DNA of 62,903 nt, counting the filler, from Sphacelaria rigidula (Eukaryota), in assembly GCA_964200075.2 (NCBI GenBank). It is 5 parts of 5 records of this genome, joined end to end, with 100 filler letters (N's around TTAATTAATTAA, not from the genome) between each part and the next. Parts side by side here need not be neighbours in the genome. Positions count along the whole stretch, not along the records: positions 50,406 to 62,903 come from CAXNAA020003694.1; 4 more parts are not named here. One strand, 5' to 3'. The notes under the pieces were generated by a model. It saw only the letters and a program-made list of their open reading frames with translations. It did not search any database and was not told where the DNA came from. Both the position numbers and the translations under genes were made by a program. Below, piece after piece: positions 50,306 through 62,903 of this stretch (positions are counted from its first letter, which is position 1; each line of letters starts with the position of its first letter).

Positions 50306-50405
50306 NNNNNNNNNNNNNNNNNNNNNNNNNNNNNNNNNNNNNNNNNNNNTTAATTAATTAANNNNNNNNNNNNNNNNNNNNNNNNNNNNNNNNNNNNNNN
50401 NNNNN
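50306..50405. other. Artificial contig linker
   Basis: Same 100-nt N/TTAATTAATTAA/N spacer. Confidence 0.98.
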
Positions 50406-51793
50406 CTCGACCTCATTATCCTTATTATTTCGCGGTTTACAACATATCACTCCTCCCCCAGCAACAAATGAGGAGCCCCCCCCCCCCTGCCTCAGACAGA
50501 GCAGGGATGCGAGGTCAATGGTCTGATGACTATGGCATGCATGATCATGAGTACATCCCCCCCCCCCCCCTGCCTCAGAGGAAACCAAAACACCGTCCGA
50601 AACAAGGCTCAAAAGCTCCTTCAGCAACACGGACTGAAGGGCCGTTGTCACAACGGCCCTTCACACCTTAATTCTCGTGCCCTCTGCTTACAGCCAATAA
50701 CCAAAGCGATGCGATCTTCCTTTTCAGTCACTGTGCAATCAATACCCAACTCCAACCCTATGACCCCTCTCCTCCCCAGGCATTTGTATACACGTATCGC
50801 CTTTCCATGAGTGATCCACCTGGGCCGTCCCCCGAGCTGAAGGAAGCCCCATACCACCTTCGTCGGTCGTCCAGAAATCGAAAACTGTTTACAGTGAACA
50901 GACAAAGCCCAACGTGTCGCAACTACACGTAAAATTTCCCCAGCTTTGCTACACATTATCCCGCTTTTTCCCAGTTAGAGTAAGAACATTTCCAGTCAGT
51001 GTTTCCGATTTCGAGTCACCGTCCTGGAAAGTTGTTCCGCGATTCAAGCATACCGCAACTCGCCTCAACTATTCATGAAGCCTATTTGAAAACTTTTGCA
51101 CATTTGAAGTACCCCCCCGCCCCTACATGTATGCCTCCTTCAGCTGCCGTTCCGGTTGGATCCGCACCTCCAGGGAAGGGGGGGTGATTCAGGACAGCTT
51201 TTTCTCGAATAAACTCGTCAATCCGCCAGGTGAATACACGTCATACTCCAGTCCGTTCTGCTGTCTCGCACCAAATAGAGGCGATATCATGCAAGAAATC
51301 GAGCAAGACTCGCGGCAGATTTCGTTTTTTCTTTTATTTTTGTCGCGATACACTCGGGACAAAAATAATAGTAAAATAAACAGCAGGAATATCATTTATT
51401 TATTTTCCCTGCAAGATATTGTACGCACTATGTACTTTTAACCGGGCCCCAAGAAGACGCAGCCACCGAACTATTATTCCTGACTTTGGTACAAAGGCGG
51501 AGCACGTCAACCAAAGCCCGACCTCAAAAAGCTGCACACCAGATTACCGTAATCGAAGCCTCAAAACTCGCATCGAGTGTCGAAACAAAGGGCAAGTGTG
51601 ACCATATAAACAACACAACCGTGTCGGGACGAGCCCACAGGACACGAGGGCCACAAAAACATCTCTGAAGATCAAGAGAGAAACTATTTTACTGTAGCAT
51701 AACTGACAGCAATCTGAGTTCACAAAAATCTCATCTACGACACCAATGAAACACCGCCCTATAATAGTCATTCTCCAAGACAAGACATCATCA

Positions 51794-52006
51794 CTAGTTC
51801 TCCGAGTTGGGTAAGGAGCGCCGGGGAATCTTCGTTTCACGGGGGGCGCTACTGTCGCCCGCACCGCGTCCACTGCCATGCCCCAGCTGGCGCTTCTTAG
51901 CCTTTATGAACTCGTTCAAGGTGTGCTTTTCCGAGCCCTTGATGCAGCTAGGTCCATTCATGATGAACACGATGGTCACGTCGTCTTTATCCATCGCTAC
52001 CAACCC
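51794..52006 (-). CDS. SMC5: SMC5 terminal exon
   Basis: acag|GGG TTG; GLVAMDKDDVTIVFIMNGP...; basic tail; TAG stop ending at 51794. Confidence 0.85.
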   Translation of the reverse strand, partial: GLVAMDKDDVTIVFIMNGPSCIKGSEKHTLNEFIKAKKRQLGHGSGRGAGDSSAPRETKIPRRSLPNSEN

Positions 52007-52498
52007 CTGTTATTTGCCATCAACGGGGAGGAAATGCGTTGGCAAAAGCCGCACTGTGAAAAAACGACAAAATAACCCCCCGACGTATAATAGCACCAAC
52101 GAAAGCCACCATCGAAACGAGAACCGTCTTGAAAGTCGACGAATAGAGACGAGTGTCATCACCATAGAGAACCACGGCTTGGAAGTAAGGACGAGTTTCT
52201 TAACGTGAAGAAGTTGCACAGCCACGATAATCACAAAAATATACCGTAGAGCCAATCTCTTCCAAGACCGGGGCGATTGACCAATAAGAACAGCGAAAAG
52301 ACAAGAAGAAATGGCGTCGGGGGGGAAAGTTTTCATGGGACAACTTCAAGTCATAGCTCTCCAAAATCCACAGAGCAGCTGACACACCACAGAAAGCTAA
52401 TGTTCCCGCAGTGTTGACGAGCTCAGTCACCCAGAAATTTTGGGGGTAAGGAAGAGGCTACTATTAGGCACAGTGAAAGTGAGGGTAATGCCCCGTAC

Positions 52499-52648
52499 CT
52501 GCAGCAGCTTAGGCGTGATGAGGAAGTACTGCCGGCGGTTAGGTCCGCAGGAGTTGAGCACGATGCGGCTGAACACTCCGCGCTCGTTGTTGGCGTCCAT
52601 TCCCTGGTTGATCTCGTCCACCACCCTGAAAGGACTGAATTGCATGTC
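52499..52648 (-). CDS. SMC5: SMC5 exon with Walker B / D-loop
   Basis: cgcag|DMQFSPFRVVDEINQGMDANNERGVF...QYFLITPKLLQ|gtacgg; PFRVVDEINQGMD and QYFLITPKLL are SMC5-specific motifs. Confidence 0.95.
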
Positions 52649-52729
52649 CTGCGTATCAGGACAACATCGGGTACAAACAAAAAACAGTGATTTTACAGAA
52701 TAACTACCTGTGAAATCGTACAAATCCTT

Positions 52730-52947
52730 CAAGGGTCGGACAAATAATGATTCGAATCGTACTTATCAATCCCTAGCCTTTGTTTTCAGCGTTGCAACCC
52801 AGGTACACGCAACCCAGACACGTGGAATGGCGCAANNNNNNNNNNCCCTCGGACCAGCGGTCAACTTTTTTTCTCCCTTTTGGGCAATCAAGCCAAAGAA
52901 ATCGTGGATTTAGTGATTCGTAGTCGTGACGATTCGTCCTATCCGAG
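52730..52947 (+). mobile_element. hAT-like MITE family 2 in an SMC5 intron
   Basis: CAAGGGTCGGA...TCCTATCCGAG; 8-bp TSD AAATCCTT/AAACCCTT. Confidence 0.75.
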
Positions 52948-54267
52948 AAACCCTTCATTGGCATGCCTTGTGCACCGCGGAACAACATTTCCTATTTCAT
53001 CGCATCACCCAGATTTCCAGTACTATACCCAAAAATACAAGTCCCGGTCATGTCTAGTGGCGACTCAAGTTCTGGCGTCTCCATCGAGCTGCGCAGCTGA
53101 CGAATACCAGATGAAACTTGCGTTACAGGTCCACCCTCGTGTCATCTCTAACAGCAAAAATGGCATCGAGAAGCGAAGCTAGCACCAGCACAGCTAGCCA
53201 CGAACCAGCTCTTGCCTAGTCCGCATTGACAACGACAAGTACACACTCCGCTGGAGGATGTCAGAAGGATGCGCAGTACACGTACACAAAACGAGACGGC
53301 TATCTAGCAGCACTTTGAACAACACGGACAGGAATAATCGCGCACTGCGCTGGCTGCTGCGTGGTCTGGGTCAGATTTCCATTTTCCAGAGTACCAATAT
53401 CGGATACTATATGTTCTACCCGACACGCCCTTCAAATAGTGCTTCTCTTGGGTACAGTGAGGTATTTCGGGGCAATTTCGGGGTACATTTTGCCGAATCA
53501 CGGGGGAAGTAAGGCATCTCAGGGTGATTTCGGAGGTTGATTTCCCCCAAATCTTGCATTCCCACGAAAATCAAACAAACGAACAAACTGCGAGGGTGTC
53601 GATGCATCTTGACGCCCCTTGTCACAAAAATTGTTGTTTCACTCTTCGGTTTATTTTTTTCATGAGAAGTTATGACGAAAATAAAACATACAAGACAGAG
53701 AAACGACACCTACACTGCAATAGAAACAAAATGAGTTGGAGTTGCCAGGTGGAACGACCTATACACAGGGTAGAGAAAAAAACACTTCACAACAGAACAA
53801 GAAAAATCGAGGATCGCAGCAACAGAGAAAGCGGAAACAGCCGAATTTTACATGTTTTCCATCGCCATAGAGGCAATGTACATTCCCACCCACCAAATGT
53901 CGTATACCGTAGAGGATACAAGAATGTGCTAGACGCAAAAGCAGCGAGGATATCTAGCACCAGCACCAACAGCGGCAGCTAATATGTGGAAATGATAATA
54001 AAAATATCAATTAAAAAAAAAAAAACTAACTATAATAAATCATAATGATACGAGAAGATAGTATTAACAGCACTAGCATCAAGACTCAACATCGCAGAAA
54101 GTACAACACACACACACATACACACACAAAAGTAGGGACAGAAGCAACAACGCGGGAGATACCATACACGTGCATTTCCGAAATAAAAAGTCTTGCGACT
54201 CGAGTGTGCGAATCGGGTGCGACTCGACACGAACTTGATGGGTCACTTCGCCCCCCCCTCACTGTAC

Positions 54268-54460
54268 CTGCAGAGCCATGAGATACAGGATGGTAGACAC
54301 GGATCGCTCGCCTCCCGAGTGGCTGTGAGCGTTGAGTGTCTGGAGCGTCACGCTTGCATCCCCCGTGCGGAACTGGACCTTGATTTCCAAACCCCACTTC
54401 TTGTACGATTCGTCAGGCGCCAGGCTCACTTGGCCTGTGTTCTTCATGTCGCCCATGTAT
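54268..54460 (-). CDS. SMC5: SMC5 exon with ABC signature motif
   Basis: aacag|A TAC; YMGDMKNTGQVSL...WGLEIKVQFR...HSHSGGERSVSTILYLMALQ|gtacag. Confidence 0.95.
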
Positions 54461-55544
54461 CTGTTCAAGTAAAGGTCATTATCCACGGGGGGCTGGTTCA
54501 CTTCTCGATTGTTTTCGCCGACTAGTGGGTTCTCCACGTTATCAATCCGGCATGCTGAAAAGTGGATGAAAAAGCAGCAGAAGGGTTATATTTTTACAAC
54601 CTACGCCGTGTGTTGTAACTACATAATTTACTACCTCCAATGGTCAGAATATGAGCGTGCTGTCGATTCTGGAGGGACCAACAGCTAGCTGACAAAATAC
54701 CGTCCATGGGCACGCCAAGGAGACACTTGAACTACATCGCGCGGCTCTTGTATCGATTTACCGGTCAAGGGAAACGATATTCCTCGGCACCGCAGTACCG
54801 GATCTGTTCAAATCCGATCTAATGGGCAAGAGCAAAAACCACAAGCATCGACAGAAGTCCCGGCGCGTGTGAAGCGTCAACTTCCTCGTCTGAAGCTCCG
54901 GTGCCGAAAAGGGATACAAAAGGAACTCCTTCACAGTGTTGGTCAAAATCACTTGCCCACAAGCTGCTCCGCCAGAATGATATCAAGTAATTGTTTTAAA
55001 TCGGTATATTGAGGAGTTCCTGCATAGTGCGGTCAAGCCAGGCTGGTGTCCCACCACACAATCTGCGATTCGCTGTACCCAGTACATAGACAGATTCAAC
55101 ACTTCAGAAGGCTGAGATCATATAAAAATGAGTAAACTGTTGTCGAGGGCGATCATGACGTGTTCCAGCGTTCTGGGTCGGGTCTTCAAATTCGAAACTG
55201 GCGTTGACACGTTTTTTTATTTCTTTATAAACCATGCTGACATTTCTACAACAAATGTGAATATGACCGGTAGGAACTGTGGTGGGTGAGCAAATCTTAC
55301 ACACTTCACTTGCCGCGCGATACAGGCCACAGATTTGGCAACTCTCTTTCGCTTTTCTTCACCCCCCCCCCCCTCCCCCCTCCCTCCCCTCTCCCCCCTC
55401 TCCCCCCTCCCACAGACTCGACTTGCTTTGTTAAATNNNNNNNNNNCCGTGCGTCGCCATTGCCACATAACCTTCTCTTCTTGTTTTTGTTTCCCCCCCC
55501 CCCCCCCCCCCCCCCTCCCCCCGTAAATGAAATGCCGTAGTACA

Positions 55545-55785
55545 GTGCATCGCAGTGATAAATGATCGCAGTACCAAAGGATGTATGGTGGCCACGGACG
55601 GCGGAGCAGGAAGATACTGAGATTAGTAGAAGGGTTTTGAGTGTATGGGAAAAACGTACTGAGCGCCAGAATGTTGGAGGTGTCTCTATCAGGAGTAGTA
55701 ACGGTGCTCCGTGTCGAAAGGGATGCGTGGTTTAATGGTCACACGAGTAGCGGAAGCAACAAATGAGTACGCCGACTCTCCCCCT
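55545..55785 (+). mobile_element. LINE 3' remnant in an SMC5 intron
   Basis: tggtggccacggacggcg...aatgttggaggtgtctctatcaggagtag..ggtgctccgt..gaaagggatgcgtgg...agcaacaaatgagtacgcc. Confidence 0.72.
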
Positions 55786-55856
55786 TCTTCATTGACGTTT
55801 ACATCCCACGCTCACTGATGACTATGAGAACTTGAAAACTGCATCTTTACTCTCAC

Positions 55857-56005
55857 TCTTCGAAGGACGTATTGAGCGTCATCAGGGTGCGATCTAGCAT
55901 TTCTTTCCATGGCTCAAGAATGTTCTTCATCGCTTCTTCGGCATTCGCATTGCAAGCCTGCAGCTCCGCCAGCTCTGCTCCGACCTGAGCCACTTGTTCC
56001 TTGAG
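55857..56005 (-). CDS. SMC5: SMC5 coiled-coil exon
   Basis: cgcag|LKEQVAQVGAELAELQ...EPWKEMLDRTLMTLNTSFE GA|gtgag; phase 2 matches the 54460 acceptor. Confidence 0.9.
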
Positions 56006-56220
56006 CTGCGGAGGACACATTCCCGCGTAACGGCACAAGCACATGAACACAGGAAAAACCACGCATACCAGACAGAACATCATCCATGGCAGGAACGCAA
56101 CGAAGAGGCGAGCGTTGCTTCACTCGGATGACTTAAATGATCGGTCGATTTATTGATCGCCGCAAATCAACTGACCCGCCGCGGAGTGAATCAGTCGTGT
56201 GGTCAAAGGTCACAAGATAG

Positions 56221-56699
56221 CACGGTTAGGACGAATCAAATCGTGATTCAACTCATGTTCATCATTCCAACGAATAAAGCATACGATTCGTACATCATTT
56301 GTACTTTATACAGATTTTGAGCTCTTGAGTCGTGCAGTACACTGTCAACGGTACCTGTTTCCTACCTTCCGTTCATACGCGGTAAATCATGGGCACATGT
56401 TCATCCCCTGTGAAGAAATGCGGAATTAATTGATTGTATATGCCACCCACACTTACCATGATGCCTGCATGACATGTACACTTATGCCATGCGTATGACT
56501 CGTGCGGGACGAAGAGTCGGCACATCGTTGAATCCTCTCATTGCATGGGCCTTGCATCAGGCGCAAGTTTCTCCCTATCTCTAATGCGGTATATGTTATC
56601 CACCGTCGGGTTCATGCCGGACCAATAGTCGGCATATGGTTTAATCCTGTCATTTCATGAGGAGTCAACTCTTGTGAACTCTGATTCGTCCTAACCGTG
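56221..56699. mobile_element. hAT-like MITE in an SMC5 intron
   Basis: Perfect 18-bp TIR CACGGTTAGGACGAATCA; 8-bp TSD CAAGATAG/CAAGATGG. Confidence 0.88.
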
Positions 56700-59132
56700 C
56701 AAGATGGCACAGGCTGGACCATGACAATAAACGTTGGCAAGGATACTGCGTAGAGTATCGCATCTCATTATTACTGCTATAGACAATAGATTCGATACTG
56801 TATGTTTCCAGTACACTTTTTCCCAATGTGATCTATTGCCATTATCCAGAGCTTGCCAGGATGCCCGAACCGGAGGTAAATTAACGGAAACAGTTCCCAA
56901 AGAATATATACAAGAGGGGGGGGGGTTGAAAAAATAACACGGAGCAGAGGACGAAACAAAACAGAGTAAACGGGAGAAAAAAATACCAAGCATCGTGTGT
57001 AGAAAACGGCACATCACCCAGAATGTAATCAAAAGGCATTGTGGAGAACCTGCAGCGTCTCCATGAAGATGCCAGCACATTTCTCACCGCTTGAAACGCC
57101 TCTGCTGGTCTGCCTGACAGACTCTAATGAACAAACGTGAACAGGACTTTTTTCGCTGAGGTTCAAGAATGAAGACGTGAAACACTGGACACACCTCGGT
57201 ATGCGCTGAAAAAAAAGGTTTACTTTGAAAGAAGAAAATCTTGAACATAAAGGTATCGCGAATCGGCTCATTTATAAACTGTTTCACCACTTCACGGACG
57301 ATCTTCATCTCGAGAGTGACAGTTTTAAACCTCAATCGTTTTTTTTTTAAATTTTTTTTCTCGCCTCTGAAATCAACGCATTTGGAGAAAAGTTATTTTC
57401 GACACAATTTTCCCTTCAAATGTCGAAATATCTTCGTCTGAGAATCAAAACTTGAAAGTGAGCCCTGTTTTAGACCTTTGTTTTGTATCTGCACACAGGT
57501 GTGAAAAAATTCAGTTCGAAACTCGTCAAAACCACGGAGGAAAAACGGAAGACACGAAAAATCCGAATTTTTGATATTTTCCCTCCTGTTTTCTTCTCTC
57601 ACTAATACTCTGTCTTTTCAACATTTCTGTTTCCTTTACCTTTCTTCAGCGAGTGATTCCATTTTGTCTTCATCTCGGTTGCTTTCATCATGTGGCCACG
57701 GTTGGATCCCTGGGCGATTAGTTGAAAGTACGACATTCAACCACTCATACCAATCTGATATGTGGAATTGAAGCCCTTTCGGTCCACAACATCAGTTCAA
57801 CATTACGTGAAAATTTGCGGCCACCTGAGCATTCGAAATATCAACAACATAGCACTTGCTCGGACTTTTGTGTTCGCCTCTTGAACAATTTGTTTATGGA
57901 ACTATGATTTCAGAACAGTTTTTTCCCCCCTCCCCCCCATCAAAATGTCTCGATTCTATGACACTAACAAAAAAAGAGCCATGGTTGCGATGCTCCTACT
58001 GTGCCTGTCTATGTACTCGTGTATAAAATTTTAGGTTGTACCTCGTAAAAACCATGAGAGAAAAAATGTAAGACGCCAAAAAACAAAAAGCAACTTCTGT
58101 GAAAAAAACGTGTTGCTTTTTTCCTCATGTACAAGGCCAGCTGAATATAACATGAAGTATTGCAGTCATCGCCACACACGAAATACCACTATAATGTCAC
58201 TTGCTCCTATTTCTGTTCGGCTCTGATAAGAAATGCGAATATATATATATATACATACATTTTCCGAACAGTTTTCCGAGAGCTACGTATCAAAGATGGT
58301 ACTGTTGACTCTGACAGCCGAACACAGTCCCAAAGCGCACAGCGCGGCAACACCGAACGCATGCTATCGCGAGCGCTGCGAGCGCCTTCATAAAAAGACT
58401 GGCGCGCAAGCGCTGGCTCGCCGAGTGTGGTCCGTGGCAAGTGCGTGTGGCTGTGAGGGTATGGGAGGGCGACGTGGTATGTACAGCAATTGGCATGTCG
58501 ATGCTCTAATCCTGAAACGGAAAATGACTCCATAATTTCACAAAAACTAAAGACGAAACGGCTCAACGTGGTCCATGGTGCTATCCTTGCCGTCGTAATG
58601 AACCAGTAGCTCGCAGCGCAAAAACGGCCACGGGAGCTCATTCGCCTTGTTGTGAGCATCAAGCACATGTGTTCACAGGTACCCATGCGCGCAAACCGTA
58701 TATTTCGAGAAGTTCAGGAACATTCTTTCATGCTTCTCCGGGAGATCACCCGCCTGTAGTGATGTTCAAAATTTAAAATACGTGCCGTTATTAGCGGTAA
58801 CTAGGTCGACTTATTATCATGGTACCTAGTTTAGATTCGACAATCTACACGTGATATCCTGATCCGCTACAAACAAGTACAATTTCCGCCATATTCAGGT
58901 ACACCAGGACGTCCACGTACTACGGTATCCAAGTCTCGCAGAAAAGAGGGTACACTCTCAGGTGTACCGGTGGCCATTCGAGCCACGAAAAATTTCAGGC
59001 ATTTCTATAGCTGTGCAGCCTGTACCCCATTGTGACGTAAAAACGGCCCAGTATACCCCGAGCTGTCCTTTACCCTTGGAAAAATGCATTTATAGACACC
59101 GCCACAAGCACCGCCACGGACACCACACGCAC

Positions 59133-59324
59133 CTTATCCTGTTTCTTCACGACCTCAGGATTGTGCACGGTGTGCCGCAGCTCCTCCTCAAGCTCATCGA
59201 TGACCGTATCCAGACCGTCAATGTTGTCGGGCAAAGAGTCGAACACCGCGCCGAACCGAGTATCGTTTCCGTGTGCGTCTATCCGGGGCGCCATCGTCAT
59301 AGCCTGCTCCTTGCACTTTCGGAA
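59133..59324 (-). CDS. SMC5: SMC5 coiled-coil exon
   Basis: aacag|FRKCKEQAMTMAP...FDSLPDNIDGLDTVIDELEEELRHTVHNPEVVKKQDK|gtgcgt; 64 codons, phase 0/0. Confidence 0.87.
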
Positions 59325-60045
59325 CTGTTCCGCACCCCCCCCCCGCGCGCCCCATATACACATACATCAAATCGCGCAAGCAAGGGTTAATAGTGAAGCC
59401 AATAAGAAGATAGGAAAAGGCGGCGGAAAAATTCACAAAAGGAGGATGACCAAGACAGGGCGGAGAGCACGACAGCGCGGACCTAAGCCATACAGCGAAC
59501 AGAACATACACCGTGTGTGCGTGTGCGCGCGAGCGCCATACAGCAACGGAAGATAGCACATTGATCGGCAGGGCGAACCAGAAGGAGGAAAAAAAGAAAA
59601 GAAGGAAAAATGAATCGTGCAAGGGCAGGTTTGAGTAGAGTATACTCAATACTCAGTATTTTCGAAGAGTCATACTTTAAGTACTCAAATTTTGAGTAGA
59701 ATATTTGAGGCCGTACTCAACCTACTCAAAATTGTAGCAGAGTGAACAAGGTTTTCGTGAGATTGAGAGTTGGGTGCGGATGAGAGTGGCTTTGATCATT
59801 CGCTTGAATTTGGCCAATTTTTCATTCCGTGTGTGCTTCTTTTCGTCTCATCACTGCCACGTGCTTACAGCTACACGTTGATATCCTACTCAGGGATATC
59901 GAGGGTCTCAGTAGCAAGCTACTAAAGAGAGAATATTGGGCGTGATGGAGGTGCATTTCGGAACTGAAACACGACGGAAATTGCGTGAGTTTGTCTTACT
60001 GCAGGCTATGCACACGAAAACAAAACACATTGGGGCTAAAGCTTC

Positions 60046-60518
60046 CAAGGGCAGGTCGGGTAACTGATGCTACCGTAGGGGTGCACAAATAATATCTGAG
60101 CTTAGAATTGTCAGGAGCCCTTTATCTCATGCAAAACACGACCTATGAAAATATGTGAAAGTACGCCAGAGTTACTACTCCAATGTGCTGGGGATATCCC
60201 GAATGAATTTGCAAACGGAGATGCCCTGACCGCCCTGACCCATATTTTTGAGCATCTAGAATCGTTAGGAGCCCCTGAACTACACATAACTTCGCGAAAA
60301 AAGTGCACCCCTACCGTAGCATTGCTGGGTTAGGGTATACCCGATATTGTGATATTTTGAACAGTGGAGATCTGACCTATGCCCACAGCAGCAGCAAGCC
60401 CAGTGCTGTTGTTGCCTTCTCTAAAGTCAATACAAGTCATTGTAGCTGATTTAGGCAGATGATGTGCGACTCTTCAATTTACCAAAATATTGGGTATAAC
60501 CTAACCGACTTGCCCTTG
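60046..60518. mobile_element. hAT-like MITE with a nested TIR element (60067-60322)
   Basis: Outer CAAGGGCAGGTCGG/CCGACTTGCCCTTG with near-TSD AAAGCTTC/AGGGCTTC; inner ATGCTACCGTAGGGGTGCAC/GTGCACCCCTACCGTAGCAT. Confidence 0.68.
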
Positions 60519-60622
60519 AGGGCTTCGGTTCAGCGGTCGTTACTCGGAAAGTTACAACACAAAAACGAAGAACGGACAAATTTGCGCATTTGATTAGTAC
60601 AAAAAAAAAAGTCACGGCTCAC

Positions 60623-60679
60623 CTCAGTCCTGCATCTCTCCTCCTCCTTCATGAGCCTCTTCACCTTGTTCTCCAAGTC
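60623..60679 (-). CDS. SMC5: SMC5 short coiled-coil exon
   Basis: Pyrimidine tract + tgcag|DLENKVKRLMKEEERCRTE|gtgagc; 57 nt, phase 0/0. Confidence 0.8.
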
Positions 60680-62817
60680 CTGCACCAGAACAACAAGAGA
60701 ATAAGAAAATACATTAAAAAGAAAATGGCTCCTGTGCCCGGCCGTTCATTCTATGCCCTGTAGCGCGTCAACCCTCCCTACATGTATATTGGGTAAACCA
60801 CTACAGTCCATGTCAAAACCGACGCCTTCAGCCAAACAATTGGAGAGTTTCGGAAAACGCTTTTTTTTTTTCGCCATTTCAGAGTGCAAATATCTCAGGA
60901 TCAGTGTAACGAAAAATTATTTCCCCCTCCGTCAAATGCGGAATCCGCTCAACATTTTTTTCGATGAGGTGTTTTGTTATTTTGTGCACTCTGATCCTAA
61001 GATATTTGCGCTCTGAAATGACAAAAAAAAACTTTCCCCAAAACTCTTTAATATACAAGAGCTAGGGATTGGGCCTAATCATAGAACATCGTTCGCGGAA
61101 TGTTGGCATTGGCGGTGGTTTCCGCGCAAAAATGGGGATATCAGCTAGGGGATCGGAGTTATCGGTGCTCAAGATCCGCCGGTGATAATATTCCGAAAGG
61201 AGGTCTGGGTCCGCGGTTGATTTTTTTCTTTCTTTCCATCACATTTACAACCCATCTCCCCTTCTCCGAGACGAGTCCGTGATGTCACGGGATCAACCCA
61301 TCTCCCCCTGGAAGCACGCTTCTCACATTTTGGTCTCGCGGATTGGATCATGACCATCAGCACTCCCGCACCGCGTTAGCTATCGCCGAACAAACTCAGC
61401 CGGACTCACGCTTTCAGCGATGGCAATCAGATACTTGGAAGAAAAAGCCCACGTCCTCTTCATCCTTGTGCATGGTATATTGACTGGTGGACATTCTCAG
61501 TATTCCGGAGTACTGTACCGGGGTATCGATAGTATTGCGAGAGCCCTGTACAGACTAGCTATAGCTATAACCTTCACCTTATCCATCACCGGCCAGGGGC
61601 GAGGACTCTCCACCCCTTCTTTTGATGCCTTTTAGACTACGGTGCCGACTCGTTCTGAGGAAAGAGATGGGTGAAAACAAGAGTACAATGTGAGATAAAT
61701 AAAAAAAATAAAACAGTCTTCCTTCGTGTGGGTCACCACCTCTACCTCGTACTGTCGGCGGCAGAGAAGCAAAGCTCGATGCTACAGTATATACAATCGT
61801 ACGGTACAGTCCTTTACACCTCGCTCCTTCTGAGCTCGTGCGTGCGAGCTCATGCCCAAATAGTGCGGTTTTCCAACAGCTGAGCAGCAATCTGCTGCCA
61901 CGGCATTCATCAGCTGTTCTTGTTTCTCCTGATTGATTGATTATCTCACATTAGCTGATTGCAACAATCCAGCTCGTGGTCAGGGGCAGCAAAAATAGAA
62001 CAGAATAACAAAAAGAAAAGGGAAAGAAAGGAACAGAAAAAGATAGAAGCGACGGCCCCAGAAAGAAAAGAAAGGGAGCAGCGATAACAACAAAAACAAC
62101 AAAATAACGACAAACACATACATGCACAAACACAAGCACGAGCAACACGAAAAGATGATGATCGCGCATTATGTAGCTGGTTGCAACACTCCAGCTCCTG
62201 TGGCCTCCTTACTTGAAGCCATGCGCCAGGGAGCACGGCATTTCTTGTTTCATTATTTGTGCCAAACATAGTTTTCATCAGGGTCCGACCTATTGTATGA
62301 TGGATCCATCGTCACTCTCACTGTTATTTTTAGGAACTCCTTCAAGGCTTCCCGTATTTTTGTACAGTACTTGTTATGATTTATCGATTGTTGAGGTTAC
62401 CCTGCTTGTTCCATCTCTCCTTCTCCTTCATCTATCCTCCCCCCCTCTCTCGAGTTTCCTTTAGCCAGTCGAGTCTTTCCGCCTTGCTCACCTTGGGTAG
62501 GTCTACCTTGTGGACAATGACCACGACTGGAATGCATGGGGATCGCTTAGTTCGCGACAACAAATCAATCAGTCAGTACTCAAGTTATGTCTCACGATCC
62601 CAACGATTTTCGCGGCCGGCTTCACCTCGAGGAGTCCATCTAGTATTTTCTTTGATGAACACCGAATTCAAACTTACGACGTTTTATTTCCATGGTGCAT
62701 GGTTCTACGGACGACCTCGTTTGCGAAAAGGATTCTTCTTCATTCTCTACAGACTAAAGCCGTGCGGGAGTGTTGGTCATGATCCAATCCGCAAGGCCGA
62801 AATGCAACACGTGTACC

Positions 62818-62897
62818 GGGGGGGGGGAGGCGTACTCATTTGTTGCTTGCCTTAGTCATTTGGCCATTGACCACGCATCCTTTTTGAGACGGAGCAC
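62818..62897 (-). mobile_element. LINE 3' end with poly-C tail
   Basis: Reverse complement: gtgctccgtctcaaaaaggatgcgtggtcaatggccaaatgactaaggcaagcaacaaatgagtacgcctcccccccccc. Confidence 0.72.
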
Positions 62898-62903
62898 AGC
62901 GTG

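Noticed and set aside
61820..62290. Further upstream SMC5 exons (RTLMKTMFG...GAWLQ; EKQEQLMNA...)
   Set aside because: Splice-like signals exist, but donor and phase are ambiguous and I see no SMC5 similarity; needs RNA-seq
37807..62903. Kinase-SMC5 gene cluster or functional linkage
   Set aside because: The genes lie on different contigs joined artificially

Overview
This window is not one locus. It is five unrelated ~12.5 kb contigs (1-12503, 12604-25105, 25206-37706, 37807-50305, 50406-62903) in descending length order, joined by artificial 100-nt linkers (44 N + TTAATTAATTAA + 44 N). The DNA is eukaryotic and repeat-dense, with short exons and multi-kb introns. It is most consistent with a brown alga (inference from gene structure and repeat style, not from a database search). 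Supported content: (1) a decayed chromodomain-bearing Ty3/Gypsy LTR retrotransposon with an in-frame deletion of the RT core and RNase H; (2) the 3' part of a spliced low-complexity gene; (3) a large 566-codon exon of an unidentified protein; (4) three phase-compatible exons of a TKL-type protein kinase; (5) six C-terminal exons of SMC5; and (6) many non-autonomous elements: piggyBac-like TTAA MITEs, hAT MITEs with 8-bp TSDs, Harbinger-like foldbacks, a tRNA-derived SINE with an (AC)n tail, LINE 3' ends with C-rich tails, a 41-bp satellite and a repeat carrying TTAGGG-like tracts. I found no CRISPR array, operon or clearly new multi-gene system. The best leads are unusual repeat architectures.
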